A DNA stretch of 64,000 bases from Rhizodiscina lignyota (lineage: Eukaryota): contig ML978128.1 in the NCBI GenBank assembly GCA_010015805.1, positions 992,001-1,056,000 on the forward strand, read 5' to 3'. The notes beneath the pieces were generated by a model. That model was not told the origin of the DNA and did not search any database. It saw only the letters and a program-made list of their open reading frames with translations. The first letter of the stretch is position 1; each line of letters begins with the position of its first letter. Position numbers and translations under genes: made by a program. Below are positions 12,428-24,716 of this stretch, one piece after another.

Positions 12428-14082
12428 CGCGGGCTCTCATAGCCGTGAAGTGTGCATTCCCCCATCTTTAATATCCCGCCGTCGCCTCGTCAGCTCTCTC
12501 AGCCGGTGGAGAGGATTACGTCGGCGCCATCCTCGGTTTGGCATAGGGTCGTTGGGGTTGCAGTCGAGGCCTTGCGCGCCTCGAACTCAATCTCAGCTAA
12601 TCGCGTGTACTTCTACGTCCGAAGTTAGCCTCTGAGGCGGTCTGAACAGAATAGTGGTTACAGTACGTCATGTTTCGGCTCGGTGCGCTGTAGAAAGTAG
12701 CCAGTCATTTCAGCTTTTGCATGGGCTCCTTCGGAAGCGCAAATTCGCGGGATGAGTAAGTCGGATGCAGTGGTCAACCATGCTTTGAAGAATTCGGAAA
12801 AGTCAAATGACCCGGCTGAGAAAAGTAAGAGGCGCGATGTGACATTCGACTACCGCAATTGTGAGGCAGAGTAGAGAAGAGAAAGTGGGTAGTGATGGGA
12901 TCAGTTGCGAGTATCACCGCTTCCGAAGTGGGCAAAGATAATCTTCTGGCTAATTTCTTGGGACTTTGAAGACGGCGATCAATGTCAGAATAGTGGTCAC
13001 TGCACTGTAATTATTGCACGCGAAATTAGTGAAAGAAAGTGAGAGTTTTTTATTGTACCATCGTGAGACCTATCGAGACTCCCCAATTCAGTCCCGTTCA
13101 AGTGACCTCGCATGCCAGAGTAGCAGCGAAGGTCAGGAACTTGATGCCGTAGTCTCATAACAAAGCCGTATGAACCGAAAAAGAAAAAAAGACCGTTGTT
13201 CCCTTATCCACTGAGCCAACATTCCGTCCTGTATGATCCCCATACCATATCCCTGAGAGACAAAGTGTGAAAACCATGACCGTCCGATATTGCCCAACTC
13301 AAGTGATCCGAATATGGAGACAGAAACTGCCCGTAACAAGATGTTGCTAGATTGCCGAAAATGTTCGACAACCACGCCCAACCTGCTCTAGTAGTAAAAT
13401 CCGTTCCAATATTCAAAAGGGGAACAACGGTGTGAAGTGAAGGGTTGTCAATTTGGTGTGAAAAGCAGAACCAAAGGGGTTAGAAGGGACAACAGTTTTG
13501 AAGTGATCACTGCCGGTACGCCGCCAATTTTGCCGGAACTTCCTGCCATGATCTGATGTCCCCCCTCCCAATTCGTAAACAACATGTAGGAAATCCAAAG
13601 GGGTAAACAAAGGAAAGGTGCAGTTTTAGGGGAAGGGTGCTGAGGAGTCTTATGCAAGCGTACCTGTGTCGAGCGGGTGTCGTCAAAATACAAAAAAGGG
13701 TGGAAACATGAAAAGAAAAAGTCCGCAGGGCAATGCCGAGCCAGTAAATGACTCGTCAGATGCCATGTGCTGAAATCAGAAAGTGTATTTCCCAGTCCGT
13801 GCCGCAAATGCCCGACTCGCTGTGCTGCCGCAAATGCTGGTCGTATGCGCTCGTATTGTACAGTTGTTGACTGAGAACCGGGAAACTGGTGTGAAATTTT
13901 TCTAGTGGTAACAAAGGGTGAGGCCGTTACGAGTCGTTGATCGCTTGCTTGCGGAGCAGAGGCAGGATCTATTGTGAAAGTAGTCGCAGAGTCATGGCTG
14001 TAGTCCCAGTTGGCCGTTCAATCGTTCAAGCGTAATTCGTCATGCGGAAAGTCCAAGGGAGCGCTTTCGCGGGATTGAGAGC

Positions 14083-17000
14083 TTAGAAGAAGTTGCGGCT
14101 GAAGGCAACAGCGTACTCGGGGCCTGGCCGACTGTGCATGCCGGCTTGAAACGCACGGTGAGGCTGAGGGCTGACAATGTTGGGAGTTGGAGAGCCGAAG
14201 CCGTTGAGCTGACCATAGCCAGAAACTGGTGATAGTGAGTTACGGTGATTATAAGTTGGAGTCATTGGGTCAGTAGTAATCATACCTGCAAGCTGCTGGG
14301 GACTATTCAAGTGAGCAGTAATAGTGCTGTCATACTCCTGGATCTTCTGCATGAAGCGACGGCCGTGAGGAGTGTTGCGAATCTGAGGCACGATTGCCTT
14401 CAACTCATCCATAAGACGGGTCTTGGTCTCGACATCGGCGTGCTCAATCGCGGTCTGAACGACGTAGTTGGCAAATGAATCGTTCGTCATCCTGGACAAC
14501 TCGCCCGGAGACATGATCTCCTCGATCATGATGCGCCTCGTGTCACGGTCGGCAACACGGATGCACTTCTCGATCACATTGGAGCTGAACTTCTGCTTGG
14601 AAAGGGTGCCGATGTTGCCACGGAATCCCAGGCACAGAGGAGTGGAGAAGCCAGGCTCACCAAGATCCAAGATGTACTGCACAACATAGTTGCCAAAGGG
14701 GTCCTGAACCAAGGCAAAGGCGTTGGCCGTGATCTGGCGAACAAGCTGAGCACGCTGAGGGCCGGAAGCATGATCAATGCAGCGCTGAAGGACACAGCAG
14801 CCATGACGGTGAGTGCCAACAACGACGCAGTGAACGCCAACAGCATCGAAGATGAACTGAGCCTCCTGGGGGGACAAGTGGTTCAAGCACTTCTGGATGA
14901 CGTGGTTGCCGTTCAAGTCCTGGATGAGAGAAACGACCTCGTCGCCGATTGCAGCAATGATGGTCTCAATCTGTTCAGGAGTGGAGATGAACTCGATCAT
15001 CTTCTGGAGGGCACGGGTGCCATGCTGATTGAGAGCAATCCTAATCATCTGACTGGAGGCATTGATGATCAGCTCAGTGCGCTGCTCGACGGTGGCAAAC
15101 TCCAGGAGCTTCTGGCAGAGGTAGTTGCCGAATGGGTCTTGCATCAACTCCACGACGTAGTCCTTTGTCTCGTTGAAGATGAGCTGCGTCTGCTCAGGCT
15201 TGTTCTCCTCTAACTTCTTCTGGAGGAATCGACAACCGTGCTGGTCCTTGCAGTACTGGTAGACCTGGCCGTGCATCTGATTGAGGTCGAGGTTGGCATA
15301 GCGAGCGTTTTCTGTATAAAATGTTAATCATGGCACACTAAGAAGATTGAAAGAGACTTGCCCTCGCTCTGCTGAAGGCGACGCTGCTGAATGACACGAG
15401 CCTGACTGTCCGTGAAACGGGCTTGACCGTACTTGAACTGATCAATGGCGGCCTTGTAGCTGTCAAATGGAGTCTGATAGGCCTGCATCTGCTGGTTGTT
15501 CCACTGGGGCTGGGGGTTACCAATGTTGAGGTTGTGCATGCCGAGGGTCAAGTTATTGGCCATTGGAAGACCATAGCCACCATAGTAAGTCGCTCCAGCA
15601 GTAGTGTTGGAGTTCGGGCTAGCTGCAGCATATGCATTGTTCGAGGTCGATGTCAAAGTGATAGGTGCCATGCCGGTGGAGAGAGTAGTTGGAGTTGGTC
15701 CAAACGGCGCAGCGTTTGCGTGAAGTGCAGACTGCATGGGGCGGAAAGCCTTGGCCTCGTCATTGCGAACATCGCCAGAAAGCTCACGACTGTGACGGTT
15801 GGCAACGCTGGCAGGGATGCGACCGATGCTTGCATTATGATTGTGAAGATGCTGCTCAGCATGGGTGTTGGTAGCGGTTGGAGTAGTCATGCCGTTGGTG
15901 CCCTTGACGGTGGGAATGTCGTTGGTAGAGTACGAAGAGGTAAGCTTTGGAGGGCCACCTGCAAGACCATTTGGCGGTGAAGCAATCAAGCTGGAGCGCT
16001 TGTTCTCGAAGAAAGGATTAGCCTTGACTTCCATGGAGTACCGAGTCTTGGCTGCAGTCTTGGTGGGGGTGTCGAGGATGCCAGTAGCGTGAGATTCAAG
16101 GTCATCAGCATGAGTGCTGTTGCGCAACGAGTTCATAGGAAGGCTCTGCTGGCCCTGACGATGACGGTTGAAGGGAGGCCAGCCGGTTGACTGCTTCTCA
16201 AGATCGGGGGACTGCTGCTGAGACGCCGCAGCCAACACCGAGGGATCTGGCTGCTGCGCGCCAGTTGGACGCCTCACAAGCGTGGGGAACTTGTCCTGGG
16301 TGTAACCCATTTCGAGTGAAGCCTTGTCGTCGTCGTCAAGCAAAGAAGCAGCAATGTTATGCGGATCATGAACAGAGTAGTTGTCTTCACCCAGAGCACG
16401 AAGATCTGACGCAGCCATCGGCAGCGAGATCCTGTTGGGGCTGTTATTTGCGTCAGCCATGACTTGAGGTTGATGCAAGAGGAACGCAGGAATGTAGTCG
16501 AGGAAAGGTAGTGACCCGAGGATTTGGGTCTCGAGGAATGTGGGGTGTGAGAGGGGAAGTTGAGGGAAGGAAGGAGGAAGTGGGCAGATATATATATTCC
16601 GCAAATCACTCAGGCAACAACCAAAAAACTCTGATTCAATGGATTGATTGTTGCCTGAAACAAGGCGTTTCAAGAATGGCGGTGGCTGGATGTGACACGT
16701 GAAAGTGGTGTTGCGTTGTGTGTTAAAGTGAGTGAAGAGGGAACTAACTTTGCGCCAGTGCGAGGCATTGGAGCCTGAAGATCGAACTCGTACTCATCCT
16801 CCTCTTCGTCAGAATTGCGTCGAGAGCCAGGCACACTCTTGGAAGGATTGTGCGAGCTAGACTGGAAACCAGCAGCCATGGCTTGGGAGCCCGAGCGACT
16901 TGTGCGGTTTGAGAAGGAGGTTTGGCCGTTCGGAGGGGAAGCGAGGCTCGCAGAAGAGTAGCGGTTTGGACGCGAGAGTGAAGTAGGAAAACCAGCTTCA

Positions 17001-18039
17001 CGATACTCGGGAGGGGTAGTAGGCTCGCTCTGGTGGCCAGCGAAGGTCGAGAGATCGCTGTGAAGCTTCTGCAATTCCTCTTCTTCACGCTTGCTCTGAA
17101 GATCCAAGAGCTCCATTTGAGTCTGGAATCGGAGACGCTGTTCTTTTAACGCTTCGTATTCCTTCTTCTTCTTCTCCAACTGCATGCTAGTCTTAGTAAA
17201 GTGAAGTGTTTGAATTTTGAAGTGTGGTGTGCGAAGTTAAAAAGGTCGATATCGGAGGTGTTGCAGGGGTCCAAGTTTGATATTGGAGCTTGGGCTCCTC
17301 GCAACACTGAGACACTGAGATTGCAGGGAGCAAATTCACTCTCCTGCTTACAAATGCAAAGCTCTCGAGAAAATAGGCTTGTGAAGGTTCGGTAGGGGGG
17401 TGAGTTGTGGTGGGGTGAAGGAGGTGAAGCTGGAGCTTGGGGGTATCAAGTGGCACGCCTGGTAAGAGGTCGTGCTTTCGCGGGAAAGGAATTGGGTAGC
17501 TTACAAGTTGCACTTTATGATACGTCTGAGATATAATGCAAGTTAGCAAGTTCCAACCTTTTCACAACGTTGAAGAAGAGCATATGTCGCGCAGCGAGAG
17601 CGTCATGCAGAAAGAGCATGGGGCACTTGAAGCTGGCCTCCCCACAATGCAAACTGGTCAACAGGCCAATTGTGCTATCATCTTCCCAAATTGCCCAGAT
17701 TGACTCTTGCTGGGCAACGCCATAGGTGCAGCCCTGAGGTCAAGATAAAGTCACAACCGCTCCACCACGAGGCTCATACAGAAGCTCACTTACCGCAGAG
17801 CTCAAGTCCGTCGACTCCGCTGCCTGCCTGCGCTGTTGACCAATTGCTGACAATGATATTGTAGGAACAGCATTTGTAGTAAATCGGCGTTGCAGCGTCG
17901 TGCGCGGATCGTATGTGGAAGAGGGCATCTCGCCGCCCAGGGCTCGAAGAGGAGAGGTATAATTAAACGACGCTTGTTCTCGCGGCGACTGCGCTTCGCG
18001 GAACCGCATTTCGTCGATGCGGTCGTTGGAGAAGGCCAT
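14083..18039 (-). CDS. Pumilio/PUF-family RNA-binding protein (Puf4/Mpt5-like), 5 exons including a 21-nt microexon
   Basis: The last exon encodes 8 Pumilio repeats (CKDQHGCRFLQKKL, QDPFGNYLCQKL, NQHGTRALQK, DLNGNHVIQK, HRHGCCVLQR, GNYVVQY, KFSSNVIEK, DSFANYVVQT). Upstream exons 18039..17794, 17525..17505, 17179..~16749 and ~16440..15362 join in frame. Confidence 0.9.
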
Positions 18040-19968
18040 GCGGCACAGGATGTTTGCTGTCCCACAGTAAGAGCTCAAGATTCCTTTTCGTCCTTGTTCA
18101 TGTGTCCGCAAATTCTGTGGGGTATGGAAGGGCGGTCTAGCTTTTCATTCTCGGACACGCAGTGTCGAGCGGCCGCCAAAGCGCATAAAGGAACGAGGGC
18201 ACTTACTGATGTCCGGTATAGCAGATCAATGTATCAGGAACGACGAGGGCCAGCGAATGTGGTGGTGGTGACGGGCAGCTCAAGGACTCGGAACGTGAGT
18301 AGGACAAGAAGCCCCGTACCGTCACGCTGGGGCTCTGCGGATGTCTGAGCGCGCCTCACACGGTATGACGGCGCAAATTTGCGGGAGCAAATGGCAGTCG
18401 ACAAAGTCCCTATCATACAATGGACGACAAATGCAAGATACAATGATACACGAAGGGAAGAGTGGAATGTGTGTTGAGGAACTTCATGCAGAGTATAGCG
18501 TGGCGCGCAAGATCAGGGTCGCTTGCATACGCTCAGGGTCAGGCAGGATAGACACGCCCGAACCCGCGGCCAGCTTTGCAATTCTACGCCGACGAGAAGA
18601 GCTTTTCAACCACGAGTGCTACGTTCACCTAAGCAGGAGCTGGCCGTTAACTGCCCGCGCCCCGCTGCCATCCATCTGGTCGGCACGAGTTGTGCTGCTG
18701 CTGGTACTCAGCTCCAACGCCCTGAGTCGTGCCCCCACAAGATCGGCTTTTCCTCTCACGATTGCGCGACTTCTCAGTGGTCTGGCTCCTCACCCGCCGA
18801 TCGGCTGGAATGAAACGGTTGAACAGCCTATCCAGACCGCCCGGACGTGGGAGTTCTAGATACTACACACTGGTCGCAAAGACGCAACCCACACCCGCTC
18901 CAATCCCCCCCGCCTTCCATGTGAGATGGTTTGGTGAGCCTCCTGTTGTTCCTGATTATGTTCATGTAGCATCCCGACCAAGCTATGGCTGCCCTGCAGC
19001 TTGCAACGGCCAATAGACAGGCAGAAACAGAACGGGGCCGAGAGACATACTGGATTTCGCCGATTGTCCATTTGCCGCAACAGATGGCCTCTTCAGAGGC
19101 AAGAGGCGTGCAAATGCCTTCCAACCCCACAGCACGACAAAATGGGTGGGGACTGGCTCGTACGTATTGCCAGGTGGTGGTGGTGCTGTCGATACAGGGA
19201 TAGGTGTCACGGTGGTACGTCTCATGCAGAGGCCAGGCCATCAGAGCGTTCGAGGCAACTCGCCTGTCACTCGTGTGCCGTATTCCGCCAGCGTCTGAGA
19301 ATCGCGAGTGATGGAAATGTGCGAGTCGCATTCGATCAGCGAACGAGGCCATCTCACCGCCCGAAGCGCGTGTGGCCAGCGAAACCAGCAGAACCAGCAG
19401 CATGGGAGGGAGGGGGAGCGACCTCGGGAGCACAAGGATTTCGCTGCAGAAGCCGTGCAGAATCGCAAGCATCGGATTTCGGGACGAAATCAGCTTTGGC
19501 CTTTTGACTGGCGAGTGGTGCGGTCAATGTGCAGCGCTCTTCAGCGTCCGACGGGCAGAAGCTCGTCTCTCTGCCTGGAGTCGGGCGGACAGCATGAGTG
19601 GCGGGTTATATATTTGTCTCGAGCCCGCATACATTAGGCGGTGGTGGACAGTCGGAGTGCAATCATTACGAGTTTCCCATGCGCTGCACGATGCAAGTCG
19701 AGCGGGACGATGTGAAACACGCTGTTTGCTTGCATGACAAACACCCACTGCCAAGACGTCCGCCATGCCATTCCGGCCTCGCGTAGCCCCGGTCCCGCCC
19801 CCGGCCCGGGCCCGCCTCGGCCCATCTTTTGATCTTATCTTATCTGCACGTGATATGCCGCGCTGATCGCATCGCGCGAACCGAACTGGAGTACACAAAA
19901 AACTCCAGCAACGAGTCACACCCAACAAATATGCCTCTTTGAGTTTCGGAAGCCTCTCACCACCGTCC

Positions 19969-22900
19969 ATGGCCCCGAAAGCGAGAAAGGCGGCGCCCGC
20001 TGAGGCTCCTGGAGCATCTGCACAGGTCGGAGATTTCTAAGTGAAGCATCGGGATACCTTCTAACATTTTGCGAAGGACGCCACAAAAGCTCCAAAGAGA
20101 CGAGCTGCACCCAGAGCGACAAAACAAAAAGCATCAATCATCGCTGCTGAAGACGGCTCACGTTCCCAAATTCCAGAGCCAGAGCCCGTAGAGGCTTCAG
20201 CCGCGCCCCAGAGGCCCAGCAAACGGAAGAGACCTGCGCCAGCTCGTGACGACGCGTTTGACGCACTTCTTGAGCCTTTCTACTACGGAAAGTCTCTGAC
20301 TGATCCCGTCAATACCGCCACGGACAAATGGAATCTCCTTCCTGCCTTCCTCAAGGTCAAAGGGCTTGTCAAGCAGCACATTGACTCGTTCAATTTCTTC
20401 ATCGAGCACGAGCTCAAGAACATTGTCAAGGCCAACCAGATAATCCGCAGTGATGTCGATGACAGATTTCTCTTCCAGTCTGTCCCCCAAAGCTTTTCGT
20501 GGTGATCGTTTCCCTGACCGACAGCAGATACCTCGATATCCGAGTGGGCAAGCCCGACAGAGTGGAGGACAACGGTGTTGATCAAGCACTTACTCCCGTG
20601 ACTCCGAATGAGTGCCGTCTCAGAGACATGACCTATTCTGCGCCAATCTACGTTGATTACATGTACACCAGAGGAAAAGGCTTAGTCAGGAAGAGGAACA
20701 TCCAGATTGGCCGGATGCCGATCATGCTCCGAAGCAGGCAATGCATCCTCACCAACAAGACAGAGCATGAGATGGCTAAGCTCAAGGAATGCCCTGTTGA
20801 TCCCGGTGGCTACTTCATAGTACGAGGCCAGGAGAAAGTCATTCTTGTTCAAGAGCAGTTGAGCAAGAATCGTGTGATTGTGGAGGCTATGAAAGGGCTC
20901 GTGCAGGCTTCGGTGACCAGGTAACTATCTCTCTATTACTTTACTAACCCACCTTTATGGTACTAAAGTCTGACAGTTCCACCCACGAGCGCAAGTCAAA
21001 GACATACGTTCTGCTCAAGAAAGGCCGACTGTATCTGAAGCATAACGTCTTCACCGAAGATATCCCTGTCGTCATTGTCTTAAAGGCAATGGGAATACAG
21101 ACGGACCATGAAATTCTGTTGATGGTAGCTGGTGAAGACTCCGACTACCAAGACGAGTTTGCCATCAACTTTGAAGAGTCCATCAAAGAAAATGTGCACA
21201 CACAGCAACAAGCCTTGGAATATATCGGCCCTCGCGTCAAATCGAAGGGAAAGCTCATGGGGAGGATGCGATACTATCACGTTGAGGCTCTTGAAGCGCT
21301 TTCTTCGGTCATCATCACTCACGTGCCTGTCAACGGCTCGAATTTCCGACCAAAAGCTCTGTACATCGCATTCATGATTCGACGTGTCCTCATGGCAATG
21401 CAAGACCCGACCCTCATCGACGACCGCGATTATGTTGGCAATAAACGCCTAGAGTTGGCAGGACAGATGCTGTCACTTCTCTTCGAAGATAACTTCAAGC
21501 GCTTCAACTCGGATTTCAAGCTGCGCATAGAAAAGGTCCAGCGCAAACCGGCACGGACGAACGAATTCGATGCTGCCGACCACTTCTTACAGCATGGAAA
21601 TACAATCACGGCGGGTATGGAGAGGGCAATTGCGACTGGAAACTGGAGCTTGAAACGCTTCAAGATGGAGAGAGCTGGGGTGTCACACGTCCTCAGCCGT
21701 CTGAGCTACATCAGCGCGTTGGGCATGATGACGCGCATTCAGAGTCAGTTTGAGAAGACTCGGAAAGTCAGCGGCCCCCGTGCTCTCCAAACGTCTCAGT
21801 TTGGTATGCTCTGCACTTCGGATACCCCAGAAGGCGAAGCCTGTGGACTGGTGAAGAACCTTGCACTCATGACGCACATAACCACGAATACCGACGAAGA
21901 GTCCGTCCGCAAGCTAACATTCATCTTGGGCGCCGAAGACATCTCTTCGGCCACTGGCGCTGAGGTGCATGCAGAGGGATCGTATACCATTTTCATCAAC
22001 GGTACGCCAATTGCACTCACTCGCCAACCAAAACAGTTTCTCGACAACTTCCGCGGCGTTAGACGCATGAGGCGCGTTTCTGAGTTCGTCAGCATTTTCA
22101 TCAACCACCATCATTGTGCTGTTCATATCGCAACCGATGAAGGCCGAATCTGCCGGCCACTCATAATCGTGCAGAATGGACGATCAAGAGTAAACATATC
22201 CTCTCTTGACTCGTTGCGCAGAGGAACGATGGACTTTGACGATTTTCTTGCGAGGGGCCTGGTGGAGTACCTTGACGTGAACGAAGAGAACGAGTCGAAC
22301 ATCGCCATGTACGAAAACGAGCTCGATCCTTCCACCACCCACCTTGAGATTGAGCCTTTCACGATGCTCGGAGCCGTTGCAGGCCTTATTCCCTTCCCAC
22401 ATCACAACCAGTCACCCCGAAACACTTATCAGTGTGCTATGGGTAAACAAGCAATTGGCGCTATTGCATATAACCAGTTCCACCGCGTCGACACTTTGCT
22501 CTACACGATGGTCTATCCTCAGAAGCCACTTGTGAAGACTCGTACGATCGAGCTCATCAAGTACGACAAGCTGCCTGCGGGACAAAATGCAATCGTTGCG
22601 GTAATGTCCTACTCGGGTTACGACATCGAGGACGCACTGGTGCTGAACAAGGCCAGCTGTGACAGAGGATTCGGACGTTGTCAGGTCTTCAAAAAGGCCG
22701 TGACCACTTTGAAGAAATATCAGAATGGCTCCCAGGAAAGAATCAACTACGATTGCTACGACGAGTCGAGGGCAGGCATGATTAAGCTTGGCACGGATGG
22801 TATCGCTAATCCTGGTGAATTTCTGGAGAAGGGCGACTTCTTCGTGCTGAAACAAATTCCACTGAACACTGGCCCAGCGGCTGGCCGAAGTGGAACAAGC

Positions 22901-23800
22901 AGCGAGACTTCATCACAAGTAGCTGGAGGTCGGGAAGAGTATCGCGATGCATTCATGCAATACAGGCTTCCTGACCGTTGTATTGTGGACAAGGTCGTCT
23001 CCACAGCGAACGAGTCGGATGTGCGCATCTTCAAAATTCACACTCGGCAGACACGCAGACCTGAAATCGGCGACAAGTTCAGCTCACGCCATGGACAGAA
23101 AGGTGTCGTTGGCATCATCGCTGAGCAAGCAGACATGCCCTTCTCCGAGGCCGGTGTCGTTCCCGACATTATCATGAACCCGCACGGTTTTCCTTCTCGT
23201 ATGACCGTCGGCAAGATGCTCGAGCTCCTCGGAGGCAAGTCGGGCGTCATGAAAGGAGAGTTCGCATACGGAACAGCATTCGGTGGCACACCAGCGGAAG
23301 ACATGAGCGCGGCTCTCATTCGGAATGGGTACAATTACCAGGGCAAGGACATGCTCATTTCCGGTATCACTGGAAAGTGCCTTTCTGCATACGTCTTCAA
23401 AGGCCCGATCTACTACCAGAAGCTCAAGCACATGGTGCAGGACAAGATGCACTCTCGTGCCCGCGGCCCTCGCGCCATCCTCACGCGCCAGCCCACCGAA
23501 GGTCGTTCCCGCGATGGTGGCTTGCGTCTCGGTGAGATGGAGCGCGACTGCTTGATTGCGTATGGTGCGAGTCAGTTGCTGCTCGAGCGGTTGATGATCA
23601 GTAGCGACGCGCACCAGTGCGAAGTGTGCGAGGTGTGCGGAATGATGGGGTACAATGGCTGGTGCCAGACGTGCAAGAGTGGGCAGGGCGTGAGGAAGTT
23701 GATGCTGCCGTACGCGGCGAAGTTGTTGATGCAGGAGCTGTTGAGCATGAACGTGAAGACGACGTTGAAATTGGAGGATGAGTTTCCGGACAACAAGTAG
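19969..23800 (+). CDS. RPC2: DNA-directed RNA polymerase III second-largest subunit (RPC2/RET1), 4 exons
   Basis: [82 protein letters not shown] and a C-terminal Zn-binding CxxC..CxxC. Introns near 20026, 20479 and 20921. Confidence 0.96.
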
Positions 23801-23881
23801 GTGCGGATGCAGGAGCTGCTGAGCATGGACGTGATGGCCATGAGAAGAAGGCAGATACATGAGTTCCCAGATGACGACTGA
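23801..23881 (+). repeat. Diverged tandem copy of the last ~24 codons of RPC2, in frame after the stop
   Basis: gatgcaggagctgctgagcatggacgtga...gagttcccagatgacgactga versus the CDS end gatgcaggagctgttgagcatgaacgtga...gagtttccggacaacaagtag. Confidence 0.85.
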
Positions 23882-24716
23882 CGGTGACGGACGAAATCCC
23901 AAATGACGAGTAGATACGATTACGATTAGAGGATGACAATAGTACAACAACCCCAAGTACTTCTAAGTACTGGGGTCCACAGCCGTCAAAAAGTAGCAAC
24001 ATTCACCACTCTTCTCGTGCCTTTTCTTAATTGTGATGATTGTCATCCGAATCTCGGCTTCTCCCGCAGAGCCGCAACCTCAAGCGCACGGCCACATTTA
24101 GGGTCGGCCGTCCAACTTGGCTCCCTCGTCTCATCTTCCTCCTCTTCCTCCTTTTTCTTCCACATTTCAGTACACTTTTAATGACTATGTCGATACGCTG
24201 AGCCAGACATCCCTTTTCTTCTCACGTTTGACGCAGGTTGTGGTCTCATGTAAGCATTGTCAAATTGTGCCATCGTTGCGCACGGACCACAGGGACTGAC
24301 CGTGTTAATCAGACTTCCAGAAGGAAACGAAAGTCCAGCCTCGGAGGACAATCAATTCATTAGCAATTCGGTACATTAAACGTATATTTGCTTCGATCCG
24401 GTTGTATCAAGAGCTACAAAGGAATCTCGGCGCCAATATGTCTCGTTGACGCTGAGGACGAGCTACACATCTGCGAAGGGGACAATAACACTCAAAGCAA
24501 CGGCCCGCCCCGCCTGGCACGTGCGCGCACTAGGCACCAGCATATAAACAAGCTGCGCTCTTTCTCTCTTCCTCTTTCCTACAATCTCGTTCAACCAACA
24601 AGCCAGCTGCCCATCAACCACCAAGTATGTGACCCACATCGAGCGCCTGCGCCGAACTACACTAACTTCCAGTAACTAGCTCAACCAGCTGGACGCTTAC
24701 ATAAGTTGAACGCACA

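Noticed and set aside
12600..14080. Puf-binding (UGUA) autoregulatory elements in the long region downstream of the Puf gene
   Set aside because: Only isolated TGTA matches, with no convincing cluster of full consensus sites.
18100..19960. Many overlapping 70-210-aa ORFs between the Puf gene and RPC2
   Set aside because: GC-rich divergent promoter/5'UTR region; the translations lack domain-like composition or consistent splice structure.
23084..23956. 290-aa antisense ORF over the RPC2 3' end
   Set aside because: Shadow ORF opposite a highly conserved gene.
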